Below are positions 47,692 through 57,642 of a stretch of 64,000 nucleotides of DNA, piece after piece. The position numbers and the translations under genes were made by a program. Source of the stretch: a virus (Duplodnaviria > Caudoviricetes); IMG/VR virus record IMGVR_UViG_3300025150_000002, positions 128,001 through 192,000 of that record, one strand, 5' to 3'. Positions within the stretch are counted from its first letter, which is position 1, and the number at the start of each line of letters is the position of its first letter. Below the pieces are notes generated by a model. That model was not told the DNA's origin and ran no database searches. It saw only the letters and a list, made by a program, of their open reading frames with translations.

Positions 47692-48119
47692 TAGTCCTCA
47701 GTCGTCTCAGCTGTCTCAACGGCCATTCGGATCAGTACGTTGTTGAAGTCCTCGAAGTCGGCGAGCAGTCGATCGATCAGTTGTCTATCCGTCAGCTTAG
47801 GTTGGGCGCCCTCCAACGCCATCGGGATTATGTCGTGCCAGATAGTTTTTGAGTAGGAGGTGTTCCCACCTTGGTATTTTTTGGCGAGGAACCTCTGGAA
47901 CTCTCTGTTGATGAGAGATCCGGCGTGGCTCCGCGCCTCATTGGCCACACCGGTGATGATGTCGGCATCCTCGTAGCCCATCGCTACTCCGTCGATGTAG
48001 ATCGCCGTGAGCTTGTAGCACTCCTCGCCGACAAACATCGCCGGACGAGCGCATATTGCTCGGAACCGGGTAATGAACAGATCCTTGAACCTTGATCTAC
48101 TCATCGAACGCCGACCCAC
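47691..48119 (-). CDS. Hypothetical protein
   Basis: Operon context. Confidence 0.55.
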   Translation of the reverse strand: MGRRSMSRSRFKDLFITRFRAICARPAMFVGEECYKLTAIYIDGVAMGYEDADIITGVANEARSHAGSLINREFQRFLAKKYQGGNTSYSKTIWHDIIPMALEGAQPKLTDRQLIDRLLADFEDFNNVLIRMAVETAETTED

Positions 48120-48423
48120 CGTCCTCGCCTACGATCTCGTGGGTCGAGTAGGCCGCAGCTGTCATGTCAGGGTGGACCACCCACCACACGTCGCCGCCGT
48201 GGCCACCAACATAGCCGGCGAGCCGGCCAATGGTTCCAGGGCGCCGGGCGTCGATGTATTTCTCGGCGACGATGAATCCGCCGGTTCCCATGAGAGGGTC
48301 GGTCGTCTTGATCATCTTTCCGCCGTTCACGCGCACTTGCTCACGGAGCAGCAGAAGGCCGTCGTCCTCGGATCCGGACAGCTGAAAGACGCGCTCCAAC
48401 TCGCGAAGCCTGACGTCACTCAT
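48097..48423 (-). CDS. Hypothetical protein with MSDxRLRxxER leader
   Basis: GAGGA RBS before ATG 48423. Confidence 0.6.
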   Translation of the reverse strand: MSDVRLRELERVFQLSGSEDDGLLLLREQVRVNGGKMIKTTDPLMGTGGFIVAEKYIDARRPGTIGRLAGYVGGHGGDVWWVVHPDMTAAAYSTHEIVGEDGGSAFDE

Positions 48424-48754
48424 CAGAGTCCTCGGTTGCTGCGGCCAGGAGATCAAGCACGGTAGTGTTCGGCGGGCTGTGAAGGCCCTCTAGCTCGGGC
48501 GGGCAGAACACGGTGTTACCGTTTTTCGGAGAAAACCATACGGCGACGTGGCAAGTAAGTCGTGGGCACTCCTGTGCGAGGTCAAGCTCTCCAGACGACA
48601 CGCGTGCTGTTCCGGTTGGGACCAACTCGATCCCGTGGATCGGACAACAGTCACGGCTTAGGCGTTGGATGCGGTCCGCCTTTGACTGACGGGACCGACT
48701 CACTAGAGAGCCACCTGGCGTGGCTTGAGAAAGATGTGCCCGCAGTGCTTGCAC
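48416..48754 (-). CDS. Zn-binding hypothetical protein
   Basis: CCPIHG...CPRLTC; ends TVLDLLAAAT. Confidence 0.5.
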   Translation of the reverse strand: MQALRAHLSQATPGGSLVSRSRQSKADRIQRLSRDCCPIHGIELVPTGTARVSSGELDLAQECPRLTCHVAVWFSPKNGNTVFCPPELEGLHSPPNTTVLDLLAAATEDSDE

Positions 48755-48861
48755 TGTAGCCCGTCCTTCGGGATGACACGGTGCATGATGGACTGCTCGG
48801 TGTAGCCGGTGTCCTTATGACAGGACCGGCAAACGATTGGCTTAGGCGGAGGGACGGTCAT
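48703..48861 (-). CDS. Small Zn-ribbon protein
   Basis: CRSC...CKHC. Confidence 0.5.
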   Translation of the reverse strand: MTVPPPKPIVCRSCHKDTGYTEQSIMHRVIPKDGLQCKHCGHIFLKPRQVAL

Positions 48862-49331
48862 TGCGCGGACTCCTGTGCTGGTGTGTCGTGCTCCAGTCGG
48901 ATCAGAAACGGCGGACGGTAATTCGGAAACACCGCGCGAACCCAGTGGTCCCAGTGCGTGTTTTTCCAGTCGATCGGATCGACTATCCACGGCTCGAACT
49001 GGTAGTTGATGACGCCAACTTGTAGACAGGACGGGTCGGATAGCTTCATCGTCATGCTCGTCGGACGGGTCCAGTAAGCGAACACCAGAGCGTCTGCGTA
49101 AAGGGTGCCCTGGTTCGGCCGCGTGGACATGTCGAGTCCGACGATGACCTCCTTCGCGTCGCTAAGCTTGTTCCAGTAGTGGTTGATCAGCTGAGGAACG
49201 TCGACGGCTAGAGCATGCATCTCCAGCGTATCGTCCTGCTTGAGGACCAACATCTGGTGAGGGTAAACCCCCTCCTCGTCGATCGATCGCTCGATTAGCT
49301 CGAAGAACATCTGCGGAAGCGTCTTAGTCAC
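48858..49331 (-). CDS. Hypothetical protein
   Basis: Operon context. Confidence 0.6.
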   Translation of the reverse strand: MTKTLPQMFFELIERSIDEEGVYPHQMLVLKQDDTLEMHALAVDVPQLINHYWNKLSDAKEVIVGLDMSTRPNQGTLYADALVFAYWTRPTSMTMKLSDPSCLQVGVINYQFEPWIVDPIDWKNTHWDHWVRAVFPNYRPPFLIRLEHDTPAQESAQ

Positions 49332-49576
49332 TTGCCCACCTGCTCAGCATCGTTGATCGCCTTCACGATCCGGTCCAAGACCGGCACGGTCTCGTCGACG
49401 AGCTCCCATCCGTGGATCGAGCACATCAACCGGCACACCTCGCGGTCCATGTCAAACGGTCCCTCGATCTCGTAGTCGATGCCGGGAAATCTCTTCTCCA
49501 TGAAGGTCCGAAGGTGACCATCGATCTGCTCGACCGTCATAAACCTCTTCGTTGTCATGTAACCGTGGTTGGCCAT
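49328..49576 (-). CDS. Hypothetical protein
   Basis: Ends PVLDRIVKAI. Confidence 0.55.
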   Translation of the reverse strand: MANHGYMTTKRFMTVEQIDGHLRTFMEKRFPGIDYEIEGPFDMDREVCRLMCSIHGWELVDETVPVLDRIVKAINDAEQVGK

Positions 49577-50274
49577 TACGGTAACTCTGATGCCGCCGCC
49601 TCGTCGGCGAGGCGCTCAGCCTCCTCGTCGGCGAGACGCTCAGCCTCTCGCTCGTCCAGCAGCTCCTGAAGCTCGGCGTACGACCAGCCACGCAGGTCCA
49701 TCATCATCCGCCGCCACAGTGGGTTATCCGGGTCGTTGATCCCATCAACCACGGCCAGCTGGCCGTTTGTTGCCGAGCCGTGGCCGCCACCAGCTCCACG
49801 GCAGTCCTCGTTCATCCACTGGAACTCGAACTCGCAGTCCGAGAAAAGAGAGGCCATCTTCTCGAAGACCGGAAAGGGAGGCGACCACGCCGTCTGGAAC
49901 GCCACCGACGCGACGGTGGAGTCCGTGCCTACGCGCGCCAGCTGGTCCAGGACCCCGAGGTCACTGTCGACCTCGACCTCATATGCGTCCCACTTGGTGC
50001 CCCAGTTGTCGGGGTTCCATGTGTTCCAGCAGAACGGGTTCGGATCGCCGCCCCCGAGTCGGTGGTTGTAGTGGCTGTGAGAGCAGGTGTCGTTGTTGTA
50101 GTCAGGGTGGTCGGGAGGAGGCACGAACCCTCGAAACGAGAAGGCTCGGCGCTGGTAATCCGACACCTTGCCCGTCGCCGGGTCTATCGGCTCGTAGACA
50201 CCTAGTGCCAGAAACTCTGCCACCCGTGTTCTCGGACCGCTGATCGTGATCTTGTTTGATACGTGGTTCGGCAT
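49576..50274 (-). CDS. DUF1281/YubB ferredoxin-like domain protein
   Basis: MPNHVSN, NWGTKWDA, FQTAWSPP. Confidence 0.8.
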   Translation of the reverse strand: MPNHVSNKITISGPRTRVAEFLALGVYEPIDPATGKVSDYQRRAFSFRGFVPPPDHPDYNNDTCSHSHYNHRLGGGDPNPFCWNTWNPDNWGTKWDAYEVEVDSDLGVLDQLARVGTDSTVASVAFQTAWSPPFPVFEKMASLFSDCEFEFQWMNEDCRGAGGGHGSATNGQLAVVDGINDPDNPLWRRMMMDLRGWSYAELQELLDEREAERLADEEAERLADEAAASELP

Positions 50275-50339
50275 GCTTTCCTCCTGGTTGGTGTTCTACC
50301 CGGAAGGAGGTGCGCCCCAGATGCATCGAGGTATAACCA

Positions 50340-50526
50340 ACCCATCGCCTGCCGATGACGAGAGGGGGACGCCCCTCGGGAGCCAGAAGGGGTAACGCCT
50401 GGAGGCGGGGTAGGGGATCAGGGGACGTTGCACGGTCCCGCAGCGGCAGCTCACACGGCGGACCTGAGTCAGGACGCGCAGCTGTCTACGAAGTCAGCCC
50501 TGGGCTAGCCGGGGCTGACTTCGTTT
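50340..50526 (+). ncRNA. Candidate small RNA
   Basis: GGTATAAC -10 at 50332, terminator at 50488-50526 with T-tract on + only. Confidence 0.4.
50488..50526 (+). terminator. Rho-independent terminator
   Basis: ACGAAGTCAGCCC...GGGCTGACTTCGT-TT. Confidence 0.7.
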
Positions 50527-50533
50527 ATGGACG

Positions 50534-50821
50534 CTATGGCTTGATCCGAGCGAGAGACTCCAGCACTAGGTGCGCGCGAAGCGCTCTCAGTACCTTTGCG
50601 CACTCTCGCTTTTTTACGACCTTCTTCTGGCCCGGAGAGGTCGAGAAGACGAGCTGGTTTGAACCACGAGGGTCGTGCACGATAGAAGGCCGACCGTTGA
50701 TCGATGTCATTATCAACCAATCCCCTATCCAAGCCTCTTCGTGTTCCGCCATTCGACAGGATATTACGGCGAGCGCTACGAGCTCGGCCTCCAGTTCCTT
50801 CGTCCACGGCTGGTAGGGCAT
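50534..50821 (-). CDS. Hypothetical protein
   Basis: Ends LVLESLARIKP. Confidence 0.55.
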   Translation of the reverse strand: MPYQPWTKELEAELVALAVISCRMAEHEEAWIGDWLIMTSINGRPSIVHDPRGSNQLVFSTSPGQKKVVKKRECAKVLRALRAHLVLESLARIKP

Positions 50822-50968
50822 ACCGTCGTTGTACCTACTCGGGGCTCACGGGGAGATTATGGCGGCTGCTCACGAGTTCGAGCTCTCGTAATAATTCAGC
50901 CGTAAGTTGCTCCAGCAGAAGGCGGATACCCATTATGCAACTTGCAGGCCTGCCTTCCGGTCTCATTT

Positions 50969-51448
50969 CTACGGGCCCTCCGGAGTATCCGTCGCCTCCG
51001 CCGCCTTCGAGGCTGCCGCTCGTTCGTCCATCATGTTCACCAGACGGATGATCTTGGCAATTCGCTCATCGGTTGTGAACGAATCACAGATCTTGTCGAG
51101 GACCTTCGTCCCCGCGTGCTCGATGATGGCCCGGACTTTCGGCTGCAACTGACTGATGTAGAACTCAAGGTGCTCCGGGTGAACCCTGATGTCCACGCGC
51201 TGATTGTTCAGTTGGGCGTATTCGGGGACCCGGGGGATCACCTCTTCGAGGAGCCTGACCCGGCGGCCCGCCTCCTTGTCGCCCCACTTCGCGGCGAATT
51301 GGGTGAGGATCCTGGCCTTGATCTCAGCCTCCGTTACGTCGTCGTCCATGGTCTCCCTATCCTCGTGGTTCAAGACCAACCTCCTATAACGCTCTGAGAT
51401 AGGGTTCGCGGACGCAGTACACAAGATTTTTCTTGTGTACTGCGGCAA
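50969..51448 (-). CDS. Hypothetical protein
   Basis: 159 aa ORF. Confidence 0.55.
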   Translation of the reverse strand: MPQYTRKILCTASANPISERYRRLVLNHEDRETMDDDVTEAEIKARILTQFAAKWGDKEAGRRVRLLEEVIPRVPEYAQLNNQRVDIRVHPEHLEFYISQLQPKVRAIIEHAGTKVLDKICDSFTTDERIAKIIRLVNMMDERAAASKAAEATDTPEGP

Positions 51449-51581
51449 ACACGATCCCGTGAGCGGCTCTGTTGCTACAGATTAGCGAAGTCGTGGGTAG
51501 AAACCCAATGCCGAACCTAAGAATCAGTGGATTGCATCACGGGTATAAGAACGGCAGACCCAAAGCCACGGAGTAAATCAG

Positions 51582-52130
51582 ATGGCCTCGACAACTTCCA
51601 TTCCCGCTGAAACCACCACTCGCTGTGATGCCAGGAAGATAAAGGTCGGCGACGTATTCTCGCGACACTCCTTCGGCAAGGTGACGGCAATCGACCGGCA
51701 CAACGGTCTGCTGACGATCGAGAACAGCAACGGCAACAGCTGGAACATCGGACCAGAGATCGTCGAGCTGGAGTTCAGCTTCGCCGAGCAGTTCGAGACG
51801 GAGGAGACCGTCAGCCGCACCCGGCTAATCGAGCTCATGACCGAGCTTCCTCGCACGGCGATGACCATCAACTTCAACAAGAAGCCGGACCCCAAGGCAA
51901 TCGCCAAGGCCCTGGAGGGCGGCAAGGGCAGCGAGAGCGCTAAGGCCTGGACCGCCAAGGTCGACAAGCTCATCGCCGGCGATGAGCGGACTATGGTCGG
52001 TTACCACACGCTCAGTTTCGATGAGCACCGCCGTCTCCGCTTCCAGGAGAGCGGCAGCGGGCAGCGGCTGGTAGATCCGAGAACACTCAACTGGATGATC
52101 AGTTGCAGGACGAAGTTTGTGGTCAAGTAG
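51582..52130 (+). CDS. Conserved phage hypothetical protein
   Basis: GGGTATAAG promoter, GGAG RBS. Confidence 0.7.
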   Translation: MASTTSIPAETTTRCDARKIKVGDVFSRHSFGKVTAIDRHNGLLTIENSNGNSWNIGPEIVELEFSFAEQFETEETVSRTRLIELMTELPRTAMTINFNKKPDPKAIAKALEGGKGSESAKAWTAKVDKLIAGDERTMVGYHTLSFDEHRRLRFQESGSGQRLVDPRTLNWMISCRTKFVVK

Positions 52131-52782
52131 CTCGGCGCCGGTTTTTTCTGGGGGGCTCTGTCAAGGCCCTGCAGAGTGACCAGTTTTCGAGCCGATAGTC
52201 GAGGGCGTTAGGCGCGATGCCTAAACGGCGGGCCCACTCCGCCTTCACAAGAGTTTCCCCGGTGATGGGATGAGTCAGTTCTACATTGTCGCGACGGTTT
52301 TGGGCCTGCTGTTGGGCTGTTGCCCAGCGCAGGTTTCCGGGCTCATAGCCCAGTGCGTTGTCGATGCGGTCCAGGCTCATCCCATCGGGCCGTTCCCCGA
52401 GATTGGTTTCAACCCAGTTAAAGAACTTCGTGAAGTCGTCGGCCCACTCGCCGTGAAATGTGATGCCGCGACCGCCGTAGTAATTCCACTCACGTCTCTG
52501 GGGATTAGTGCAGGCGTTCTTTCTGCTCTGCCAGAGCGAGTAGAGGTAGTGGCGTTGGCCGGCGACAGCGAAACCGTGTTTCACGTGTCCGCTTACCACC
52601 TCTGCGCGGTAACACCCACAGGATATGGATTTTCCGTGACGTAGGTTACTGAGGTACACAATCCTCTCAACGCTGCAGTCGCAGCGAGCTTCAACGCGCC
52701 GCTGGCCGGGGCCGTCAACGTCTCGTATTACGGTCCAGTGACCGAACTTTGTTCCAGGGGTTATAGACAATCGTCTAGCCAT
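52123..52782 (-). mobile_element. HNH-type homing endonuclease (paralog of 42518-43156)
   Basis: KFGHWTV, ARCDC, SISCGC, YYGGRGI, SLDRIDNALGYEPGNLRWAT; own TTGACG-17-TACCCT promoter. Confidence 0.85.
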
Positions 52783-52833
52783 TTGGCTCAGGGTATCTCG
52801 AACCAATTACATCGTCAAATCAGGGAGGGCGAC

Positions 52834-53361
52834 ATGACTACAGGACTTCGGTGCCCCAACTGCGACACCACCATCAACCGACGAGTCGTCAGCGATTGGC
52901 TCGTCAACAAGAAGGACGCTCACCTCAACTGCAGCAACATGTTCTGCAATACACGCTGGTCGCGCGCTGTCCTCGAACAGCATGCCGACAAGTTCCTCGG
53001 TGAGGTCAAGGCTCCAGAGCCCAAGAAGGCTGAGGATCCGACGCCAGTCGTCCACATCGAGGAGACGACGGTTCCGGCCCGCACAGCCCCCGCTTGTACA
53101 ACCAGCCGGGGTTGGTTGGAGCGGATTAGGAAGGCTGCGCTGCACCACACGACGGTTCACGGGGTGGTCTCCATCGACGATCTCCGCGTGTGGGCTGATG
53201 CACACGAGGATCACCCGCCGAGCCCGAGCACCTGGGGGTCCGTCTTCTACGGGGAGCAGTGGATGAAGGTGGGCGAGAAGCGCTCCTCCTACTCCAAGAG
53301 CCGCGCCCGGAAGGTCAGCGTCTGGGCGCCTACGGCAGCAGCACCACTGGTGTATGCTTGA
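52834..53361 (+). CDS. Zn-ribbon hypothetical protein
   Basis: GGGAGG RBS; CPNC...CSNMFC. Confidence 0.6.
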   Translation: MTTGLRCPNCDTTINRRVVSDWLVNKKDAHLNCSNMFCNTRWSRAVLEQHADKFLGEVKAPEPKKAEDPTPVVHIEETTVPARTAPACTTSRGWLERIRKAALHHTTVHGVVSIDDLRVWADAHEDHPPSPSTWGSVFYGEQWMKVGEKRSSYSKSRARKVSVWAPTAAAPLVYA

Positions 53362-54059
53362 TACAGGAGCCGCAGACTGACGGGGAACTCCAGGTCCCCC
53401 ATCATGTGTGGGTGCTTCCACACTTCCAGAGTTGGCTGCAGGCGCAGAAGGGGGCCGGGAACCGACTTGATGGCTTCAAGTCGGTCTTCCTGTTCCCAGA
53501 CAGCGGTAAGCCTTTTTTCTGGGCGGCCCACGTCAACGTCTTCATCGCCTCAGAGAACCGGAACAAGGTCAACGAGGTGGTGATTTCGCGGCCCGACATC
53601 ATGCACATTGTCCTGCTCCACCGTCCGCTTAGGTCGACGGACAAGATCAGGGCCGTGATGGTCCGCGAGTTTCGATCTCCAGCGTCTACGTCAAACGGGT
53701 TTATCCTGGAGACGCCTGGTGGGTCGTCGCTCAAGGGAGATGACCCCTTCGGTACCGCCGTCGCGGAGCTCGAAGAGGAGACCGGTCTGCGGATCAGCCC
53801 TGACAGGATCGTTCCTGTCGGAACACGTCAGCTGATGGGCACGATGTCGGCCCACAACGCCCACGTATACGCGGTCCAGCTCAATGACGAGGACATGGCG
53901 GCGGTCATGGACCAACTCGGCAAGCCTCACAGCAACGAGGCCGACTCAGAAAGAACGTACGTCGAGGTCCACGACGTGTCAGGTCTCTTGCGTGACCCTC
54001 TAACCGATTGGTCCACGCTGGGTATGATCGGCGCCGCCATTGAGGCTCTAGGGCTGTAA
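53259..54059 (+). CDS. NUDIX hydrolase (start uncertain, possibly TTG 53358)
   Basis: VREFRSPAS, ETPGGS...TAVAELEEETG. Confidence 0.8.
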   Translation: MDEGGREALLLLQEPRPEGQRLGAYGSSTTGVCLIQEPQTDGELQVPHHVWVLPHFQSWLQAQKGAGNRLDGFKSVFLFPDSGKPFFWAAHVNVFIASENRNKVNEVVISRPDIMHIVLLHRPLRSTDKIRAVMVREFRSPASTSNGFILETPGGSSLKGDDPFGTAVAELEEETGLRISPDRIVPVGTRQLMGTMSAHNAHVYAVQLNDEDMAAVMDQLGKPHSNEADSERTYVEVHDVSGLLRDPLTDWSTLGMIGAAIEALGL

Positions 54060-54100
54060 TTCACTCCTGTAGCCCCGAAGTGGGCTTCTGACGTCCGTGG

Positions 54101-54136
54101 GAAGAGGCCGGGGCTAATAGCCCCGGCCTCTTCTTT
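54101..54136 (+). terminator. Rho-independent terminator
   Basis: GAAGAGGCCGGGGCT-AAT-AGCCCCGGCCTCTTC-TTT. Confidence 0.8.
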
Positions 54137-54195
54137 CGTGTACAGCTCGATGCATCGGCCGTCGTCTCCGTGTGCGCCAGAGGTAGAACGACACC

Positions 54196-54387
54196 ATGAG
54201 CACCAACACCCAGAGTTCCAACGTCCCGTGCGACGGCCCCGAGTGCGTCCTTTGCCAGCTGACCGGGCCTCCCGATATGGTCCAGGTCTGGGTCAAGGAC
54301 CTAGACGACGGCGAGTGGAAGTCGCTCACCATGAAGCGGGCGCGGGCGCTAGAGCTCGGCCTTATCAAGGATGCCACTGATGCTTGA
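54196..54387 (+). CDS. Hypothetical protein (likely leaderless)
   Basis: GGTAGAAC 6 nt before ATG. Confidence 0.55.
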   Translation: MSTNTQSSNVPCDGPECVLCQLTGPPDMVQVWVKDLDDGEWKSLTMKRARALELGLIKDATDA

Positions 54388-54628
54388 GCCGAGAATCAGG
54401 GTGTTCTGGAGCGCAAAGGATTACGACCTGAAGGCTGCATGGGACGCTGGGTGCGCTTCTCAAGACGGCGGCTACCTACTGTTCTTGCTTTTCAACAAGA
54501 CGTTCCTGGAGGCGCTGGACGAGCGTGGCTACGACATCAAGACGCTCAGGTTCCAGATCAGAAAGAAGCCACCAAACGCGCTCGACCGAATCGTCAACGC
54601 AATCAACGAGGCAGAGGAGAAGGTGTAA
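54371..54628 (+). CDS. Hypothetical protein
   Basis: Ends NALDRIVNAI. Confidence 0.6.
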   Translation: MPLMLEPRIRVFWSAKDYDLKAAWDAGCASQDGGYLLFLLFNKTFLEALDERGYDIKTLRFQIRKKPPNALDRIVNAINEAEEKV

Positions 54629-55191
54629 TGGGCTACGAGACTGAGATTTACCTGGTAGACAAGGGCCATGACGACTGCCTCGTCCAGTGGCAGCCTGCCT
54701 CAGAGCACTGGTACACCGCGACCAGGAACCCGCTCGACCGGTTGGTCGAGGCCACCGGCGAGGTCAATAAGGACCCGCTTCAAGGGGTTCCGGCCGACGC
54801 CCTGTTCTCGGATGGCGGAGTGATCATCGCTTCGCTGAGGATGGGTACGATCGGGAGTGGTGGCCACGACGATGGAGAGCTCGACGACTTCTTCGCCAAG
54901 AACCGCGAGAGGCAGAAGATGGAGAAGAAGTTCCTCCTCCTTAAGTGGATGCCGAGCGACTGCCTCAACACCAGCGAGTGGCCCGATGTCACCGACCCCT
55001 ACGGCGACCCCTACGTCCTGCACGACGCCCAAGGCACCCTGGATGCCCTCAATCGAACCATCGAGCGCAAGCTGAAGGAGAACGATGGAGTGCTGTATAC
55101 GATCGATCGGCGCTATTCCATGTTGAAGGCCATCCTCGTTCCTTTCATCGCTGGATGGCCGAACCCAGCGGTGGTGACACGTGGCTACTGA
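54628..55191 (+). CDS. Hypothetical protein
   Basis: TAATG overlap; internal NPLDRLVEAT. Confidence 0.6.
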   Translation: MGYETEIYLVDKGHDDCLVQWQPASEHWYTATRNPLDRLVEATGEVNKDPLQGVPADALFSDGGVIIASLRMGTIGSGGHDDGELDDFFAKNRERQKMEKKFLLLKWMPSDCLNTSEWPDVTDPYGDPYVLHDAQGTLDALNRTIERKLKENDGVLYTIDRRYSMLKAILVPFIAGWPNPAVVTRGY

Positions 55192-55489
55192 GCGAGAGGA
55201 CAACAAGCTGCTTCAGGCGGTCCGCGAGAGTCATTGTGACCGAAAGGACCGCAAGCACGCCTGCGCCGGTGTCATCACCATCTCGCCGCAGGGCTACAAG
55301 CTAGACTGCAACTTGTGCGGAGGTCTCGACTACAAGACCGAGCCCTGGAGTAATCAGGAGAGCGACGGGCTGGAGATCGTCAAGGCAGTGCTGCGGACCA
55401 TCGGTCTCGACTGGTCAGCCCTGTCCGCAGATATCCAACTAGAGCTCATCAAGACGGTGAGCAAGATGCTCATCAAGAGGGGAGAGTGA
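55181..55489 (+). CDS. Hypothetical protein
   Basis: Operon context; Cys/His cluster. Confidence 0.55.
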   Translation: MATEREDNKLLQAVRESHCDRKDRKHACAGVITISPQGYKLDCNLCGGLDYKTEPWSNQESDGLEIVKAVLRTIGLDWSALSADIQLELIKTVSKMLIKRGE

Positions 55490-55490
55490 T

Positions 55491-55796
55491 ATGACGGACG
55501 AGCGCAACTACCACCGGGAGCGCGAGGAGCTGGTTCCTCTCACCGACTCCATCCTCGACGTCTGGACCACACATTTCGGCGCTCTGAAGAGGGCTGCCAT
55601 CGAGATCCGATTCAGCAGGTTCTGGCTGGAGCGTATGGATTCAGACCGACGGGCCGCAGAGGCTGCTCTCGCGGAGTCGCTCCGACGCGAGGCGGAGCTG
55701 TCGGCAGTCCTTAGAGACATCCGAACCACCCTCTGGTCGTCCAACGATCGCGAGACCATGGTCGAGATCGATGAGAAGATCAAAGACATCTTGTAG
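55491..55796 (+). CDS. Hypothetical coiled-coil protein
   Basis: GGGGAG RBS. Confidence 0.55.
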   Translation: MTDERNYHREREELVPLTDSILDVWTTHFGALKRAAIEIRFSRFWLERMDSDRRAAEAALAESLRREAELSAVLRDIRTTLWSSNDRETMVEIDEKIKDIL

Positions 55797-55804
55797 GGAT
55801 CCTT

Positions 55805-56329
55805 ATGCCTAAGCACGTCGAGCGCGAGCGGTTTCCTGTTCCTGGAGCGTTCGGACTAGAGCGGTCCAAGGAGCGATCCGAAGAGAACTGGCTACGCCGC
55901 ACCCAGTCTAACTGGGACTACCTCAACCGTGCCGGTTCCTACCAGGATCACCTCTACATCTACGTTGAGGAGGAGTACGGTTACCGTAGCCACGTGTGGA
56001 CCTATCCTGGAACCGCGCAGGAGCTAGTCGAGGACTGGTGCGCTGGGCTCACTCCCTGGCAAGGTAGGTTCAAGGGAGATTTCAAACAGGTTGATTTCGT
56101 CACGTCAGGTGACCATCGAGGACGTGATTACCCAAGAGCTATGAACCTTGTCCTGGTTCAGACCGGTGAGGTCTTCCCGGGCATCTACGAACTAGATGAT
56201 TTTGATGGGGAGTGTCACATCCACGAGGATGATGACGCTTATCTGAAGGTGGGTTTCTACAGAGTGCGTGGACGCGACAACCCTGAGGTCGAGTTCCGGG
56301 TGCTAGACGCTCTGGCTTCGATTAGATGA
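55805..56329 (+). CDS. Hypothetical protein
   Basis: Ends RVLDALASIR. Confidence 0.6.
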   Translation: MPKHVERERFPVPGAFGLERSKERSEENWLRRTQSNWDYLNRAGSYQDHLYIYVEEEYGYRSHVWTYPGTAQELVEDWCAGLTPWQGRFKGDFKQVDFVTSGDHRGRDYPRAMNLVLVQTGEVFPGIYELDDFDGECHIHEDDDAYLKVGFYRVRGRDNPEVEFRVLDALASIR

Positions 56330-56882
56330 AGCCCATGCTGCCCGAGTCAACACCCGCCTCGGTGTTCTTGATGCCGGCGTCGGGGGTTGAGACCAGGGGC
56401 ATGCGGTCGAGTTCGTCGAAATCGTCACCCGCAGCGCTGCCGTAGCGTTGGAGAATCAACTCCTTGGTCTCGTCGTCGATCAAGCTCTCAAGAGCTGGGA
56501 AGACCTTGACCTCTTCGTCCTCAAGGTGGCGCTCTAGCCCCTCCAGGATAACGAACACCAGCTGACGAGCTGGTTCTTCGATGTTCGTAATCCTTGCTGA
56601 AAACAGGAGTTGCGACAGCCGAGTAAGGCGGGCCATCGTCTCGTCGTGTTCTCGGAACAGCTCGGGGAGCTTCTTGTTGTCAGCCTTCAGAAACTTCATC
56701 CCGATCAGATAGAGCACCGACTCTTCCTTCAGGGTGTGCGGCCGCGCCACATCGATCATGGCCTGAGCGGTGTGCCGCATGCCAGGCAGATCGAAACGCT
56801 CAGTGAAAGCGCGAAGCTCCCCGGCCAGCGTCCGCAGCTTGGCGTGGTCCTTCAGCAAAGGCTCAATGATGCTCTTAGCCAT
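56322..56882 (-). CDS. Hemerythrin HHE cation-binding domain protein
   Basis: LLKDH, HTLKEESVLY, FREH, HLEDEEVKVFP. Confidence 0.8.
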   Translation of the reverse strand: MAKSIIEPLLKDHAKLRTLAGELRAFTERFDLPGMRHTAQAMIDVARPHTLKEESVLYLIGMKFLKADNKKLPELFREHDETMARLTRLSQLLFSARITNIEEPARQLVFVILEGLERHLEDEEVKVFPALESLIDDETKELILQRYGSAAGDDFDELDRMPLVSTPDAGIKNTEAGVDSGSMGFI

Positions 56883-56941
56883 GCGGGTCTCCCACTAGGA
56901 TCTGACACCACAGGATAGCATCACAAGGACTTGCGATCGAC

Positions 56942-57121
56942 CTAAAGCTCGGCAACTAGCCTATCGAGAACGTTGGCCTCCTCATTCACGTAGATCTGGT
57001 TGTTGGCCACGATGATGAAGCCAACGTCATCGTCGTTCTCCCCCTCCCAAGTCACCTTGCCCTTGAGTACGTAACCCCAAGGGGTTAGGAAGTTGGTGAT
57101 GAGGTACTGCAGCCACTTGAC
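56942..57121 (-). pseudogene. C-terminal remnant of a conserved phage gene, in frame after the HNH stop
   Basis: VKWLQYLITNFLTPWGYVLKGKVTWEGE...NVLDRLVAEL*. Confidence 0.65.
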
Positions 57122-57610
57122 CTACGTCCAGTTATCACCCTTGGCGATGTGTCGGATCATCGTCGGGCTCACACCGAACCGCCGTGCCAGAGCCCTCTTC
57201 GCGGTCCCCAGTTCCAGCTCATATCGAATGGCTGCTACATCGGATGATGTGAGCTTTCGGTTCCTAGCGTTATTCCCTCTGGGAACGCTCCGACGCTTGC
57301 AGTTCTCTGAGCGAGTTTCCCACATAAGGTTTTCGATGCTGTTGTTCGTCGGGTCGTCATCTAGATGACTGGCCTCCAATCCGTCCGGGCACGGACCAAC
57401 GAATGTCTCTAGCACGGCTCGATGGAGAAGTTTCATCACACGGCCGGACGCGCTCGACAGTGTGAGCTGGGTGTAGCCTCTCTTGGCCAGATAGCGTCCT
57501 TTCAAGACCCTTACACGGGGTTTTCCTCGCGGCCCGATCAGACTGCGCACTCGGCCCTCTGGGTGGACCTCGTATCGTCCTTCAAATCCAGGAAGCGGCG
57601 TCCATGTCAT
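57122..57610 (-). mobile_element. NUMOD4-HNH homing endonuclease with C-terminal HTH
   Basis: WTPLPGFEGRYEV, LHRAVLETFVGP, ASHLDDDPTNNSIENLMWET. Confidence 0.88.
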
Positions 57611-57642
57611 GGGCTAAGTGTAACACCGAACTTCTCGTCTAG

